This document shows, in pieces, positions 26,963 to 37,032 of a stretch of 64,000 nucleotides of DNA (the first letter of the stretch is position 1; every line of letters begins with the position of its first letter). The notes beneath the pieces are model-generated. The model made no database searches and had not been told where the DNA came from. It worked only from the letters and a program-made list of their open reading frames with translations. Source of the DNA: Chitinophagales bacterium (GTDB taxonomy: Bacteria > Bacteroidota > Bacteroidia > Chitinophagales > CAIODY01); assembly GCA_026461075.1 (NCBI GenBank), contig JAPJNH010000051.1, positions 1,816 through 65,815 on the forward strand, written 5' to 3'. The translations under genes were made by a program, and so were the position numbers.

Positions 26963-29197
26963 TTAATGTTCTAATCGAGTTACGCTTTGAATACCCTCTA
27001 CTCGGCGTAATTCATCCATCAAGAATTCAAGCTGTATGGTATCATTCACAAAGAGCATGAGTTCTCCTTTGAAGATTCCATCTTCCGAATCAATAGAGAT
27101 GCTACGCATATTGACATTATTCTGATGAGAAATTACATCGGTAATTTTAGAAATCATTCCCACTTCATCGATACCAGTGATCTGCAAACCTGTTAAGAAG
27201 GCGATTTCATGGCTCTTACTCCACTTAGTTTTAACAATTCGATGCGCGTGTTTACTCATCAAATTCACCGCGTTCGGACATTTGGTATTGTGAATTTTTA
27301 AGCCTTCCGTTGCTGTCACGTAGCCGAATACGTCGTCACCTGGAATAGGATTACAACATTTAGCGAGGCTATAAGCCACTTTATCGGAGGCTTCTCCGAA
27401 GATGACTAATTCTGCATTTTTCTTAAGCTCTTGACGTACGTTCTCTTCAAATTGGGCATCGGTAATCATTTCTTCTGCCTTCCTCTTTTTAGCCAGATTT
27501 GGCAATTCGAACTTTCCGCCTGCAATGTGAAGACTATCTAATAAATCGAGATCGATTTTCCCTGTTGCTATTTGGAAGTGCAAGTCGATCACGGAGAAGC
27601 ATTTAAAATACTTCACGAGAATACCTAAGTTATCGCTATTCATCACCACCTCGAGCTGTTCGCCTTTCTTTTTTAGTAATTCCTTACCATCTTCTGCACG
27701 ACGACGTTTTTCTTCTTTGAAAGAATCTTTAATTCTATTCTTTGCTTTAGCGGTAACGACAAAATTGAGCCAGTCCTCATTTGGTTTCTGACGATTAGAG
27801 GTGATAATTTCTACCTGATCTCCGTTAGCTAATTCATAACTTAAAGGCACCAAACGATAATTCACCTTCGCGCCTATGCAACGCAATCCTAGATCGGAGT
27901 GGATAGAAAAGGCGAAGTCGAGTGCCGTACTTTTTGCTGGCAAAGTACGCGCCTCCCCTTTCGGCGTAAACACATAAATCTCTTCTGAGAAGAGGTTTAA
28001 TTTGAAGTCGTTGATAAAATCAAGTGCATTCGATTCGGAGCTGTTTAACACTTCACGTACTTGCGCAAGCCACTCTTCTATCAGATGATCATTATTTTTA
28101 TTTCCTTCCTTATACTTCCAATGCGCTGCCAAACCTTTTTCTGCCAACTCCTCCATACGCTTACTGCGAATCTGTACTTCCACCCATTTACCAAAAGGAC
28201 CCATTACAGTTACGTGCAAAGCCTCATAGCCATTGCTTTTCGGCGTTGAAATCCAATCGCGAAGACGATCAGGACTAGGCGTATAAAAATCGGTTAGCAT
28301 GGAATAGATCTTCCAGCAATCAGACTTTTCATTGTCTTCTGGAGCGTCTACTACGATTCGGATAGCAAACAAATCATACACATCTTCAAACTCGATTTGT
28401 TTGTTTTTCATCTTATGCCAAATACTGGCAATCGACTTCGGACGGCCATAGATATTGACATTCAAGCCTTCATCAGTTAATACTTCCTTGATAGGTTTGA
28501 TAAATTCATTGATATATTTCGCGCGCTTTGATTTCGACTCCGCTAGCTTCTTTGCGATGTTGCGATACGTGACTGGCTCGAGATATTTCATAGAAAGATC
28601 TTCGAGTTCGCTCTTGATATTATAAAGCCCCAAACGATGTGCTAGAGGGGCATAGAGGTAAACGGTTTCACTGGCGATACGCATTTGTTTTTGACGACTC
28701 ATGCTCTCCAGGGTACGCATATTGTGTAAACGATCTGCGATTTTAATGAGGATGACGCGAATATCTTCGGCCATGGTAAGAACAATCTTGCGAAAGTTCT
28801 CTGCTTGTTCAGAACTGGTTACATCAAAAACCCCTTTGATCTTCGTTAGGCCATCTACAATTTTAGCAACGTTGTTTCCAAACTCACGTTGGATATCGCC
28901 TAATGTGATTTCGGTATCCTCGACCACGTCGTGTAGAAGGGCACAAATTACCGCAGTAGTGCCTAAACCAATTTCCTCTGCGACAATTTTAGCGACGGCT
29001 AAAGGATGCAAAATATAGGGCTCCCCCGATTTACGACGCATGTCTAGATGCGCTTCTGCAGCCATTTCAAAAGACAAGCGAATTTGCTTACGCGAGCTCT
29101 TATCCAAATTACCGCGCATACTTTTCAGCAGGTCGCGATAGGCCTTAACAATAAGTTTTTTGTCAGATTCGTCTGAAAATGTTTTCACGTCACTCAT
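26963..29197 (-). CDS. spoT: Bifunctional RelA/SpoT-homologue (p)ppGpp synthetase/hydrolase
   Basis: HD hydrolase motif HPLAVA...LLHDVVEDT, a synthetase domain (YRSLHT-like EALHVTVMG), and TGS and ACT-like C-terminal regions. 744 aa. Confidence 0.9.
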   Translation of the reverse strand: MSDVKTFSDESDKKLIVKAYRDLLKSMRGNLDKSSRKQIRLSFEMAAEAHLDMRRKSGEPYILHPLAVAKIVAEEIGLGTTAVICALLHDVVEDTEITLGDIQREFGNNVAKIVDGLTKIKGVFDVTSSEQAENFRKIVLTMAEDIRVILIKIADRLHNMRTLESMSRQKQMRIASETVYLYAPLAHRLGLYNIKSELEDLSMKYLEPVTYRNIAKKLAESKSKRAKYINEFIKPIKEVLTDEGLNVNIYGRPKSIASIWHKMKNKQIEFEDVYDLFAIRIVVDAPEDNEKSDCWKIYSMLTDFYTPSPDRLRDWISTPKSNGYEALHVTVMGPFGKWVEVQIRSKRMEELAEKGLAAHWKYKEGNKNNDHLIEEWLAQVREVLNSSESNALDFINDFKLNLFSEEIYVFTPKGEARTLPAKSTALDFAFSIHSDLGLRCIGAKVNYRLVPLSYELANGDQVEIITSNRQKPNEDWLNFVVTAKAKNRIKDSFKEEKRRRAEDGKELLKKKGEQLEVVMNSDNLGILVKYFKCFSVIDLHFQIATGKIDLDLLDSLHIAGGKFELPNLAKKRKAEEMITDAQFEENVRQELKKNAELVIFGEASDKVAYSLAKCCNPIPGDDVFGYVTATEGLKIHNTKCPNAVNLMSKHAHRIVKTKWSKSHEIAFLTGLQITGIDEVGMISKITDVISHQNNVNMRSISIDSEDGIFKGELMLFVNDTIQLEFLMDELRRVEGIQSVTRLEH

Positions 29198-29221
29198 ACC
29201 TTAAAGGTAGAGCGAGAATGG

Positions 29222-29229
29222 CAAATGTA
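29222..29229 (-). promoter_or_regulatory. -7 box TAcaTTTG for the relA/spoT homologue
   Basis: Exact TAnnTTTG on the minus strand, giving a ~20-nt leader. Confidence 0.45.
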
Positions 29230-29282
29230 CTAACGGAAAGCAGGTGATTTATGCACCGCTGTCCTGAATACAAAACGACAGT

Positions 29283-29420
29283 TTAAGCGTGTGCAGCAGA
29301 CTTTGTTGTTGTCTTGGTAATCATACCTGGACAGCCAAGCGTTTTCTTGTGCGGTGCACATGAATTAGCAACTATCATTACAAAAACGGCAATAAGTCCA
29401 AAAAGGGCAATCTTTTTCAT
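29283..29420 (-). CDS. Small (45 aa) putative lipoprotein or secreted peptide
   Basis: Start trimmed to MKKIALFGLIAVFVMIVANSC|APHKKTLGCPGMITKTTTKSAAHA. It has its own TAaaTTTG box at 29439-29446 (minus strand). The rest of the 94-aa track ORF has no support. Confidence 0.45.
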   Translation of the reverse strand: MKKIALFGLIAVFVMIVANSCAPHKKTLGCPGMITKTTTKSAAHA

Positions 29421-29513
29421 GGGTACGAATATAGTGTACAAATTTAAGTCAAAAAGAGGAATTTTCAACACACTAAGGGGAAAACGTCCGACATTTTGCC
29501 AAAAATGCCTTTG

Positions 29514-29521
29514 TACATTTG
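29514..29521 (+). promoter_or_regulatory. -7 box TAcaTTTG, 4 nt before the mpl ATG
   Basis: Exact TAnnTTTG match, then TTTT, then ATG 29526. Confidence 0.5.
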
Positions 29522-29525
29522 TTTT

Positions 29526-30878
29526 ATGAGATATCATATTATTGCGTGTGGTGGCAGTATCATGCACCAGCTTACAATTCAGCTTGCACGACTAGGTAAC
29601 GAAGTTACGGGGTCGGATGATGAGATTTTTGAACCTGCTTATAGCAATTTACAGCGTCATCAATTGCTACCGCAAGAAATGGGCTGGCATCCTGAATTAT
29701 TGAATGATAAAATCGATATCGTAATTGTTGGGATGCACGCTAAAGCCGACAACCCTGAATTAGCGCGTGCAAAGGAGCTAGGCTTACGATTAATGAGTTA
29801 TCCTGAATTCATTTATGAGCATGCGAAAAACAAAAAACGAGTAGCTATTGCGGGTTCGCATGGCAAGACCTCTACCACTGCGATGGTCATGCATGTTTTG
29901 AAAGAGGTAGGCATGCCGTTCGACTTTTTAGTGGGGGCGAAATTGGAAGGATTTGATTATTCGTTACAATTGAGTGATGCTCCCTTAATGATTTTAGAGG
30001 CGGATGAATATCCTGATTCTGCCGATAATAAACTACCGAAGTTTTTGTTCTACAAACCGCATATCGCTAGTATTTCAGGGATTGCATGGGACCATGTGAA
30101 TGTCTTCCCGACTTTTGAAAACTATGTGCATCAATTTGATTTATTCATTGACAGTTTGGTGGATAATGCTACCTTGATTTACAATAACGAAGACGAGATT
30201 TTAAAGACCTTATGTGAGCAAGAAAAGAATGAAAACCGTCTTCAGTTAGTTCCCTTCCATGCACATCCTTTCAAAGATGGCAGTCTCGTATTAGCTAACG
30301 GAGATACCGTGGCAATTGAGATTTTTGGAACACATAATTTATTCAATTTATCTGCAGCAAAAATCATTTGCTTGGAGCTTGGTATTCCTGAAAGCGACTT
30401 CTGCAAAGCGATAGCCACCTTTAAAGGAGCCGCAAAGCGTTTGCAATTGATCCGCAGAACTGACGACAATGAACTTTATTTAGATTTCGCGCATGCTCCT
30501 TCGAAGGTAAAAGCGACTGTCGCTGCCATGAAAGAAAAACATCCGAATCGAGAACTGATAGCTTGCTTGGAACTGCATACTTTCAGCAGCTTGAATGAAG
30601 AATTTATCGGCGAATATAAAGGCAGTTTGGATGCGGCTGATATTGCCATCGTGTTTTATGATCCACATGCTTTCGAATTAAAACGCTTGCCTGTACTTAG
30701 TCCGCAAGCCATCATCCGTGCATTTGGTAATAACGAGATTAAGACTTTTTCCAACCCGCAACAGTTAAGCACTTTCATCAAACGCGCTTTGGATCCGGAT
30801 ATGGATGTCTTAATGATGAGTTCAGGTAATTTCGGAGGATTAAGCATGGAGCAACTCGCGAAGTTCTTGTTCGATTAA
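29526..30878 (+). CDS. mpl: UDP-N-acetylmuramate:L-alanyl-gamma-D-glutamyl-meso-DAP ligase (murein peptide ligase)
   Basis: Start trimmed to MRYHIIACGGSIM.... Contains the Mur-ligase P-loop GSHGKTSTT, EADEY, DFAHAPSK and MMSSGNFGG, collinear with Mpl. Confidence 0.8.
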   Translation: MRYHIIACGGSIMHQLTIQLARLGNEVTGSDDEIFEPAYSNLQRHQLLPQEMGWHPELLNDKIDIVIVGMHAKADNPELARAKELGLRLMSYPEFIYEHAKNKKRVAIAGSHGKTSTTAMVMHVLKEVGMPFDFLVGAKLEGFDYSLQLSDAPLMILEADEYPDSADNKLPKFLFYKPHIASISGIAWDHVNVFPTFENYVHQFDLFIDSLVDNATLIYNNEDEILKTLCEQEKNENRLQLVPFHAHPFKDGSLVLANGDTVAIEIFGTHNLFNLSAAKIICLELGIPESDFCKAIATFKGAAKRLQLIRRTDDNELYLDFAHAPSKVKATVAAMKEKHPNRELIACLELHTFSSLNEEFIGEYKGSLDAADIAIVFYDPHAFELKRLPVLSPQAIIRAFGNNEIKTFSNPQQLSTFIKRALDPDMDVLMMSSGNFGGLSMEQLAKFLFD

Positions 30879-30896
30879 TCGATGATTTAACACCAT

Positions 30897-30931
30897 AAAA
30901 AAAGCCCTTCTAGTAGCTAGAAGGGCTTTTT
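30897..30931. terminator. Bidirectional intrinsic terminator
   Basis: A-run, AAGCCCTTCTAG-tag-CTAGAAGGGCTT, then a T-run. Confidence 0.7.
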
Positions 30932-30947
30932 ATTTATACGGATGTAC

Positions 30948-31862
30948 TTATTTCACATCCAAGATTTCTAGTTCAAATACTAATGGTGAATTCGGAGGAA
31001 TACCTTGATTTCCTTCCTTACCATATCCTAAATCAGAAGGGATGATAACTACAGCTTTCTCACCTTTCTTCATAGACATCAAAGCGATTTCCCAACCTTT
31101 GATTACTTGTCCATTACCTACTTCCATTTCCATTGGTTGTGCATGACCAAATTGCGGGTCGATATTGCTATCGAAAGGTTGATTATTTAAGAAGCGGCCT
31201 GTATAGTTTACTACTACATGCGCACCAGCTTTAATAACATTGCCAAAGCCTTGTGCAAATACTGATTTGAAAACACCTTGCACATTTTGAATTTCTTTCA
31301 ATTGCGCACGTTTGATGAAGTCTTGGATTTTAGCTGCTTGTTTAACAGGATCAGCATTTTCTTCCATTTCTTGTTTCATTTGTGCTTGCATTGCTTCTTG
31401 CATTGCCTTTTGTTGATCATTCAATTTCTCTGTCTCAGCTTGCGTCATCGACTTTTTAACCACAACAATCAATTTCAAGACCCCACCAGGCTTCATGAAT
31501 TGAGCCATTTCTGGGTTATGCACTAAGATAGTATCTGTTGGCATTAAGAAGGCGATACTATCACCCACAAAAGCATCTAACAATACGTCATTGATATCCA
31601 TTGGCTTTTTAGGATCCTTTGCCGTCAACATGATAGGCACTCCCTCTGGATTATCTTTGTTTGAATCCATCACCAAGGTATCATTCAAGTATTGAAGTTG
31701 GCGAATGAACACATAGGAATTAGCACTTAACTTTTTGTGCTTATCACCCTGTCTTAAGGTCTTATATTGTTTACCTCCTGGAAGCTTTTTCCAAGAATCA
31801 CCACAAGCGGCTACCAATGTAACCAAAGTTAGAGCAAGAATTGCTAATGAAATTTTACGCAT
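30948..31862 (-). CDS. FKBP-type peptidyl-prolyl isomerase lipoprotein
   Basis: Lipobox LVAACG. The C-terminal FKBP domain reads VVVNYTGRFLNNQPFDS...VIKGWEIAL...GIPPNSPLVFELEILDV. Confidence 0.85.
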   Translation of the reverse strand: MRKISLAILALTLVTLVAACGDSWKKLPGGKQYKTLRQGDKHKKLSANSYVFIRQLQYLNDTLVMDSNKDNPEGVPIMLTAKDPKKPMDINDVLLDAFVGDSIAFLMPTDTILVHNPEMAQFMKPGGVLKLIVVVKKSMTQAETEKLNDQQKAMQEAMQAQMKQEMEENADPVKQAAKIQDFIKRAQLKEIQNVQGVFKSVFAQGFGNVIKAGAHVVVNYTGRFLNNQPFDSNIDPQFGHAQPMEMEVGNGQVIKGWEIALMSMKKGEKAVVIIPSDLGYGKEGNQGIPPNSPLVFELEILDVK

Positions 31863-31865
31863 GTT

Positions 31866-32882
31866 TTATGAATTCAAAAGATGTTTAATTTTTGGCAAGA
31901 TAGCAAGGAAATCTTGAACTGTCTCGTCTAATGTTTTTGTGGAACTACCACCGGACGCATTTTTATGTCCGCCTCCGTTAAAGTAATCTCTGCAAATCTC
32001 GTTTACAGGGATATCTCCTTTACTTCTCAAGGACAGTTTGACTAATTTGGTACGGTCGATAATTAAGGCCCCCAAACGAATCCCTTTAACGGTTAAAGGA
32101 TAAGATTCTAATCCTTCGGTATCACCTGTGCTAATACCAAAATCCTTCAGATCTTGAGCGGTGATTGCTATATAAGCCGCATTGTATTCAGGCAAGTAGT
32201 GAAAACGATTACTCAAGCAAAATCCTACGAATTGTAAACGACGGAATTGATGCTGGTTGAACAATTGATCATAGATCTCATAGCTCTTAGCCCCTTTTCG
32301 TAGCAAGTTTGCCACCACCTCATGCGTGTGCGGAGAAGTGCTTTCAAACTTAAAGCTACCTGTATCCGTCATGATTCCTACATACAAACAATTCGCTACT
32401 TCTTCCGTAATATGATCACTACTTCCCATTTCTAGGATAAAATCATAAATCAATTCACAAGTAGAGCTTGCTTTGATATTAGAGAAATTGATATCCTCGA
32501 AACCATCCGGCAATAAGTGATGATCAATTTTTACTTTCAAGCCTTTCGCTTGCGCCACATGCTCACCCAATTCATTTATTCGACTCAAGGCATTAAAATC
32601 GAGGCAGAAAATAAAATCCGCTTCGTTCACGTGTTTAATGGAAACCGTTGGTAATTTTTCAAAATCAACCACCAAATCATTTCCTGGCAACCAATGTAAG
32701 AAACTAGGATAATCTGTTGGCGTAATAACAACAACATCATGCCCAAAAGATTTTAAAAAATGATACAGCCCTAAGGTAGAGCCCATAGCATCACCATCCG
32801 GCTTATGATGTGTTGTGATAACGATTTTACAAGGAGTATCTAATCGTGCACGAAATAATTCTAGATTCTTCTTCTCTAACAT
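31866..32882 (-). CDS. DHH/DHHA1-family phosphoesterase (NrnA-like oligoribonuclease / pAp phosphatase)
   Basis: Start trimmed to MLEKKNLE.... Contains HHKPDGDAMGS, DHH-like IDHH, and GGGHKNASG (DHHA1). Confidence 0.8.
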   Translation of the reverse strand: MLEKKNLELFRARLDTPCKIVITTHHKPDGDAMGSTLGLYHFLKSFGHDVVVITPTDYPSFLHWLPGNDLVVDFEKLPTVSIKHVNEADFIFCLDFNALSRINELGEHVAQAKGLKVKIDHHLLPDGFEDINFSNIKASSTCELIYDFILEMGSSDHITEEVANCLYVGIMTDTGSFKFESTSPHTHEVVANLLRKGAKSYEIYDQLFNQHQFRRLQFVGFCLSNRFHYLPEYNAAYIAITAQDLKDFGISTGDTEGLESYPLTVKGIRLGALIIDRTKLVKLSLRSKGDIPVNEICRDYFNGGGHKNASGGSSTKTLDETVQDFLAILPKIKHLLNS

Positions 32883-32936
32883 TACTACAAAGGTCGTAAA
32901 ATTTAGGAAAATAACTTTCCTTCGCTTGCTTTTATT

Positions 32937-32944
32937 TACCTTTG
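32937..32944 (+). promoter_or_regulatory. -7 box TAccTTTG for prfC
   Basis: Exact TAnnTTTG match. It overlaps the TTG 32942 start used by the ORF track, which argues for the GTG 32963 start. Confidence 0.45.
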
Positions 32945-32962
32945 CCATCATTTTTTACACCA

Positions 32963-34558
32963 GTGAAGTACACCGAAGAAATCAATCGCCGCCGCACCTT
33001 TGCCATCATATCGCATCCGGATGCGGGTAAAACAACCTTAACAGAGAAGTTCCTACTTTTTGGTGGAGCCATTCAAGTGGCCGGAGCCGTTAAGTCGAAT
33101 AAGATTAAAAAGCACGCGACGAGCGACTTTATGGAAATCGAGAAGCAGCGTGGTATCTCGGTTGCGACCTCTGTTATGTGCTTTGAATACAATGGCACCC
33201 AAGTAAATCTTTTGGATACTCCGGGTCACAAAGACTTCGCCGAAGACACTTACCGTACCCTGACAGCTGTCGATTCAGTAATCTTGGTAGTCGACTGCGT
33301 AAAAGGTGTGGAAGAACAAACTAAAAAATTGATGGAGGTGTGTCGCATGCGTCAAACTCCTGTTATCATTTTCATCAACAAAATGGATCGTGATGGTAAA
33401 ATGCCCTTCGACCTTTTGGATGAATTAGAACAAAATCTAAAAATCAAAGTTCGTCCCTTAAGCTGGCCGATCAATATGGGTAGCAGCTTTAAAGGCGTTT
33501 ATAATATCTACGATCAAACCTTACAGTTATTCCAAGCGAAGTCGAAGGATGATGAGAAGATGGTCATTGAGAATTTGTCTGATAAAAAATTAGATAACGA
33601 AGTAGGTGAAGCCGACGCCAATCAACTCCGTCAGGACGTCGAATTGGTAGAAGGTGTTTACAATCCATTTGAAGTAAAAGACTATCGTGAAGGTCACTTG
33701 GCGCCGGTATTCTTTGGTTCTGCGATGAATAACTTTGGTGTGCGTGAATTGCTAGAAACTTTCATTCGCATCTCTCCTACTCCATTAGCTCGTGAAACGG
33801 ATAAACGCGAAGTAGCCCCTACGGAAGACAAGTTTAGTGGATTCATTTTCAAAATCCATGCGAACCTCGATCCACGTCATAGAGATCGTATTGCCTTCAT
33901 GCGCGTTTGTAGCGGCAAGTTTGCACGTAATACTTTTTATCACCACGTACGTTTGGATAAGGATGTTCGCTTTAGCAGCCCTTTCTCCTTCATGGCGCGT
34001 AGCAAATCCTTAGTGGATGACGCTTTCCCTGGCGATGTAGTAGGTTTGTTTGATACCGGAAATTTCAAAATTGGCGATACGCTTACCGAAGGCGAAAACA
34101 TGACCTTCAAAGGAATCCCTTCCTTCTCTCCAGAAATTTTCAAAGAGGTGGTGAATAAAGATCCGATGAAGACAAAGCAGTTAGAGAAAGGATTACAGCA
34201 GTTGACAGACGAAGGTGTTGCACAGTTGTTTACACAGAACTTAGGTCATAAGAAAATCATTGGTACGGTGGGAGAACTTCAGTTTGAAGTTATTCAATAC
34301 CGTCTATTGCATGAATATGGCGCAAGTGTCAGCTTTGTTTCCTTGCCGTATTATAAGGCTTGCTGGATTACTTCGGAGGATAAAGACAAGATGGAAGAAT
34401 TCTGCCGCTTTAAGCAGAGTGTATTGGGTAATGATAAAGAAGGCAATCTAATTTATCTAGCGCAGAGCGAATGGTATTTGAATACCGAACGCACGAATAA
34501 TCCAGCGATTAAATTCCACTTCACCAGTGAGTTTAAAAATGATGAAGAGGAATATTAA
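32963..34558 (+). CDS. prfC: Peptide chain release factor 3
   Basis: (M)[28 protein letters not shown]..., [13 protein letters not shown]. Full-length RF3 character. Confidence 0.9.
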   Translation: MKYTEEINRRRTFAIISHPDAGKTTLTEKFLLFGGAIQVAGAVKSNKIKKHATSDFMEIEKQRGISVATSVMCFEYNGTQVNLLDTPGHKDFAEDTYRTLTAVDSVILVVDCVKGVEEQTKKLMEVCRMRQTPVIIFINKMDRDGKMPFDLLDELEQNLKIKVRPLSWPINMGSSFKGVYNIYDQTLQLFQAKSKDDEKMVIENLSDKKLDNEVGEADANQLRQDVELVEGVYNPFEVKDYREGHLAPVFFGSAMNNFGVRELLETFIRISPTPLARETDKREVAPTEDKFSGFIFKIHANLDPRHRDRIAFMRVCSGKFARNTFYHHVRLDKDVRFSSPFSFMARSKSLVDDAFPGDVVGLFDTGNFKIGDTLTEGENMTFKGIPSFSPEIFKEVVNKDPMKTKQLEKGLQQLTDEGVAQLFTQNLGHKKIIGTVGELQFEVIQYRLLHEYGASVSFVSLPYYKACWITSEDKDKMEEFCRFKQSVLGNDKEGNLIYLAQSEWYLNTERTNNPAIKFHFTSEFKNDEEEY

Positions 34559-35773
34559 TTACATGCGTTGATCGAGGTTCTTTCCTTTTTCGATATGATC
34601 GAAATTAGGGATATACTTCTTCATCAAAGTAACGATACTCTCTTTAGAAATTTGTCCGCTATTAAATAGCTGCTGAAATTCTTCAAACATCGCTTCGATA
34701 GCTGTTACAGGCTGTTTAGGCGCATTTCGCACGAAGCCGAGCGCGTTGAATTTATTCATTACCAAATCCTCTTGATCGGTATAAAATTCTTCATACGGTT
34801 TTTCACCCGAGGTATCGCTTTCGAAGAAGTAAACAGGATAATGCGTGTCGGTATCTTTTAACGAAGCCGCAATGGTGCGCGCTTCTTCTTCCGAGTTACA
34901 GAATTTTGGTTCAAGACCGTAAGCCTCCAATAGCTTTACACCAATGGTTTGGAAGGTCTGCATATCTTTTTCAGGATCTAGTTTCGGAAAGAAGATAGAG
35001 CCCGACTCGCCTAACATACATGCCAACATACAAAGTTGTCCGCTTTCTTCAGGCGTTACAAAATAACGACGAATATTAGAAGGTCCGCTGAAAGGCTGTT
35101 GCTTCAACATACGTTCCATGAAACCATATAACAAACTACCATTGGAGAATGCGACATTTGCAAAACGAGCGGTGGTGATTGGCATATGTTGACTGTAAGC
35201 CAAAATAACCTCTTCCATCAACTTCTTAGAACCACCCATCACATTCACCGGGTTAGCAGCCTTGTCGGTACTAACGCAAAAGAAGTGTTCTGGTTTGTGT
35301 TGCATTAATAAATCCAAAAGGCGCTTGGCGCGAATGACATTATTATTAATCATCGCTTCGATACTCAATTCATCTTTTTCACTTCTCACATGCTTATGCG
35401 CAGCGAAATTAGCGACGATTTCAAAAGGACCTTTCTGCAAAAATATCTTTTCAAAAACAGGATCGGCAAAACTTACTGGATAAGTAATAAACTCATCAGG
35501 AACAAACAAACCTTCGGTGCTACGCACATCACGCACTAATTCGGTTAATCCATTTTCATCGGTATCCACCACAATAACACGCTTTGGTTGGAACGGCAAT
35601 AGAGCACGGATATAACTACTTCCAATGGTTCCGGCACCACCTATTACTAAAACTGATTTTCCTGCGATAGCAGTCTTTAAGGCCTCGCTGTGGTCTAAAA
35701 TGTCCTGCGCAAAATAACTTTCCGGTCGATTAACGACTGATTGAATGAATGGCTTTAAGGAAAATCTTTTCAT
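34559..35773 (-). CDS. Polysaccharide biosynthesis protein, CapD-like nucleotide-sugar dehydratase/epimerase (soluble short form)
   Basis: VIGGAGTIGSS Rossmann motif and STDKAANPVNVMGGSKKL (Polysacc_synt_2 signature). Confidence 0.8.
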   Translation of the reverse strand: MKRFSLKPFIQSVVNRPESYFAQDILDHSEALKTAIAGKSVLVIGGAGTIGSSYIRALLPFQPKRVIVVDTDENGLTELVRDVRSTEGLFVPDEFITYPVSFADPVFEKIFLQKGPFEIVANFAAHKHVRSEKDELSIEAMINNNVIRAKRLLDLLMQHKPEHFFCVSTDKAANPVNVMGGSKKLMEEVILAYSQHMPITTARFANVAFSNGSLLYGFMERMLKQQPFSGPSNIRRYFVTPEESGQLCMLACMLGESGSIFFPKLDPEKDMQTFQTIGVKLLEAYGLEPKFCNSEEEARTIAASLKDTDTHYPVYFFESDTSGEKPYEEFYTDQEDLVMNKFNALGFVRNAPKQPVTAIEAMFEEFQQLFNSGQISKESIVTLMKKYIPNFDHIEKGKNLDQRM

Positions 35774-35777
35774 GTGC

Positions 35778-35785
35778 CAAAGATA
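35778..35785 (-). promoter_or_regulatory. -7 box TAtcTTTG, 4 nt before the CapD-like ATG
   Basis: Minus strand reads TATCTTTG-gcac-ATG(35773). Confidence 0.5.
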
Positions 35786-35796
35786 CCAATTTTATC

Positions 35797-35815
35797 TTAA
35801 GCTAGTTTTAAGCTA
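35797..35815. repeat. Direct repeat TTAAGCTA x2 with 11-bp phasing (candidate LytTR-type operator)
   Basis: Copies at 35797-35804 and 35808-35815, between two divergent -7 boxes. Confidence 0.3.
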
Positions 35816-35874
35816 TGATTACCGATACAATTATACGATTTCCCGATAAGCGTCCAAATCCATTCAATAAATAG

Positions 35875-35882
35875 TAGCTTTG
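35875..35882 (+). promoter_or_regulatory. -7 box TAgcTTTG, 4 nt before the sensor kinase ATG
   Basis: TAGCTTTG-ttat-ATG(35887). Confidence 0.5.
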
Positions 35883-35886
35883 TTAT

Positions 35887-37032
35887 ATGCAACCCAAATG
35901 GCTTAGAATCGTCATTCATTTCATCGCTTGGCTACTATTTTTTAGCCTGCCCTTAGTATTCGAACACCGACATCATCAAGGTGAACATGTAGAAACAATG
36001 TTCAATCTTAACTATTATCGTTGGCCTGTATTACTATGTGATGGATTGTTAATCCTTTTCTTTTACTTGAATCAAAATCTATTGATTCCTTACTACTTTT
36101 TAAAAAGAAAATTTTGGAGCTATTTCGCAATTATACTTGTATGCCTAGTCTCTTTTATCGCACTCCCAACTAAATGGGGAGAAAAGGATAAAGAGGAGGC
36201 GGGATTCGATATTGAAGCGTTAGAACAATTTCATAATTTAAAAGACACGACCCCTTTAACCTTCGGTGAATGGGAAAGAATGGAGCGATTAGAACATGAG
36301 GAAAGAGAAAAAAATTGGGGCTTAGCAACGGGCCCCGTCCACTTCTTTGAGTCATCCATATTTCTGTTTCTCTTGATTTGGCTGATGAGTTCTGGTTTAC
36401 GAATGAGCTCGTTTCTCTATGGTATAGCAGAACGTCAGAAGGAGGCGGACGCTGAAAAAACCAAATCAGAACTAAACTTGCTAAAAATGCAGGTGAATCC
36501 TCATTTCCTCTTCAATACCTTGAATAATATATATTCGTTAGCAATGCTCAAAGACGATCGCGCAGCCACTGCCGTTCTGAAACTAAGCGAACTGATGCGT
36601 TATCAATTGGAGCAAAGCAATTCAGAAAAAGTAGAATTGGATAAAGAGATAAGTTTTATTAAAAATTATGTAGAGTTACAAAGCATCCGCTTATCCGAAA
36701 AAGCATGCATTGAATTTAAATGCGAGAACAGTAATCCGCAGGCTTTGATAGCCCCTTTAGTTCTGATAACGTTTATTGAAAACGCCTTTAAGCACGGCAT
36801 TTCAACACATGCAAACAGTAAGATAAAAATCGAATTGCATGCAGAGAATACTCAATTACAATTGAAGGTTAGCAATCAAATTTTTCAAAATTTACAAGAA
36901 GAGGCGCCTAGCGGCTTAGGACTAGAGAATGTAAAGAGAAGATTGCAATTAGCTTATCCTGATAAACATCAACTTGAAATCAAGAAACATGAAGGCACTT
37001 TTGAAGTGCTTTTAAAAATTAACTTAGTATGA
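35887..37032 (+). CDS. LytS/YehU-family sensor histidine kinase
   Basis: N-terminal TM helices, the His_kinase motif NPHFLFNTLNNIYSL, and a C-terminal HATPase-like region. Confidence 0.8.
   Translation: MQPKWLRIVIHFIAWLLFFSLPLVFEHRHHQGEHVETMFNLNYYRWPVLLCDGLLILFFYLNQNLLIPYYFLKRKFWSYFAIILVCLVSFIALPTKWGEKDKEEAGFDIEALEQFHNLKDTTPLTFGEWERMERLEHEEREKNWGLATGPVHFFESSIFLFLLIWLMSSGLRMSSFLYGIAERQKEADAEKTKSELNLLKMQVNPHFLFNTLNNIYSLAMLKDDRAATAVLKLSELMRYQLEQSNSEKVELDKEISFIKNYVELQSIRLSEKACIEFKCENSNPQALIAPLVLITFIENAFKHGISTHANSKIKIELHAENTQLQLKVSNQIFQNLQEEAPSGLGLENVKRRLQLAYPDKHQLEIKKHEGTFEVLLKINLV

Noticed and set aside
32942-32962. TTG start for prfC used by the ORF track, and the 23-codon N-terminal extension of the divergent DHH gene (to 32951), which would make the two genes overlap head-to-head.
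   Set aside because: The TTG lies inside the prfC -7 box (32937-32944). RF3 and DHH alignments in character begin at GTG 32963 and ATG 32882 respectively, which leaves a normal 80-bp divergent promoter region.
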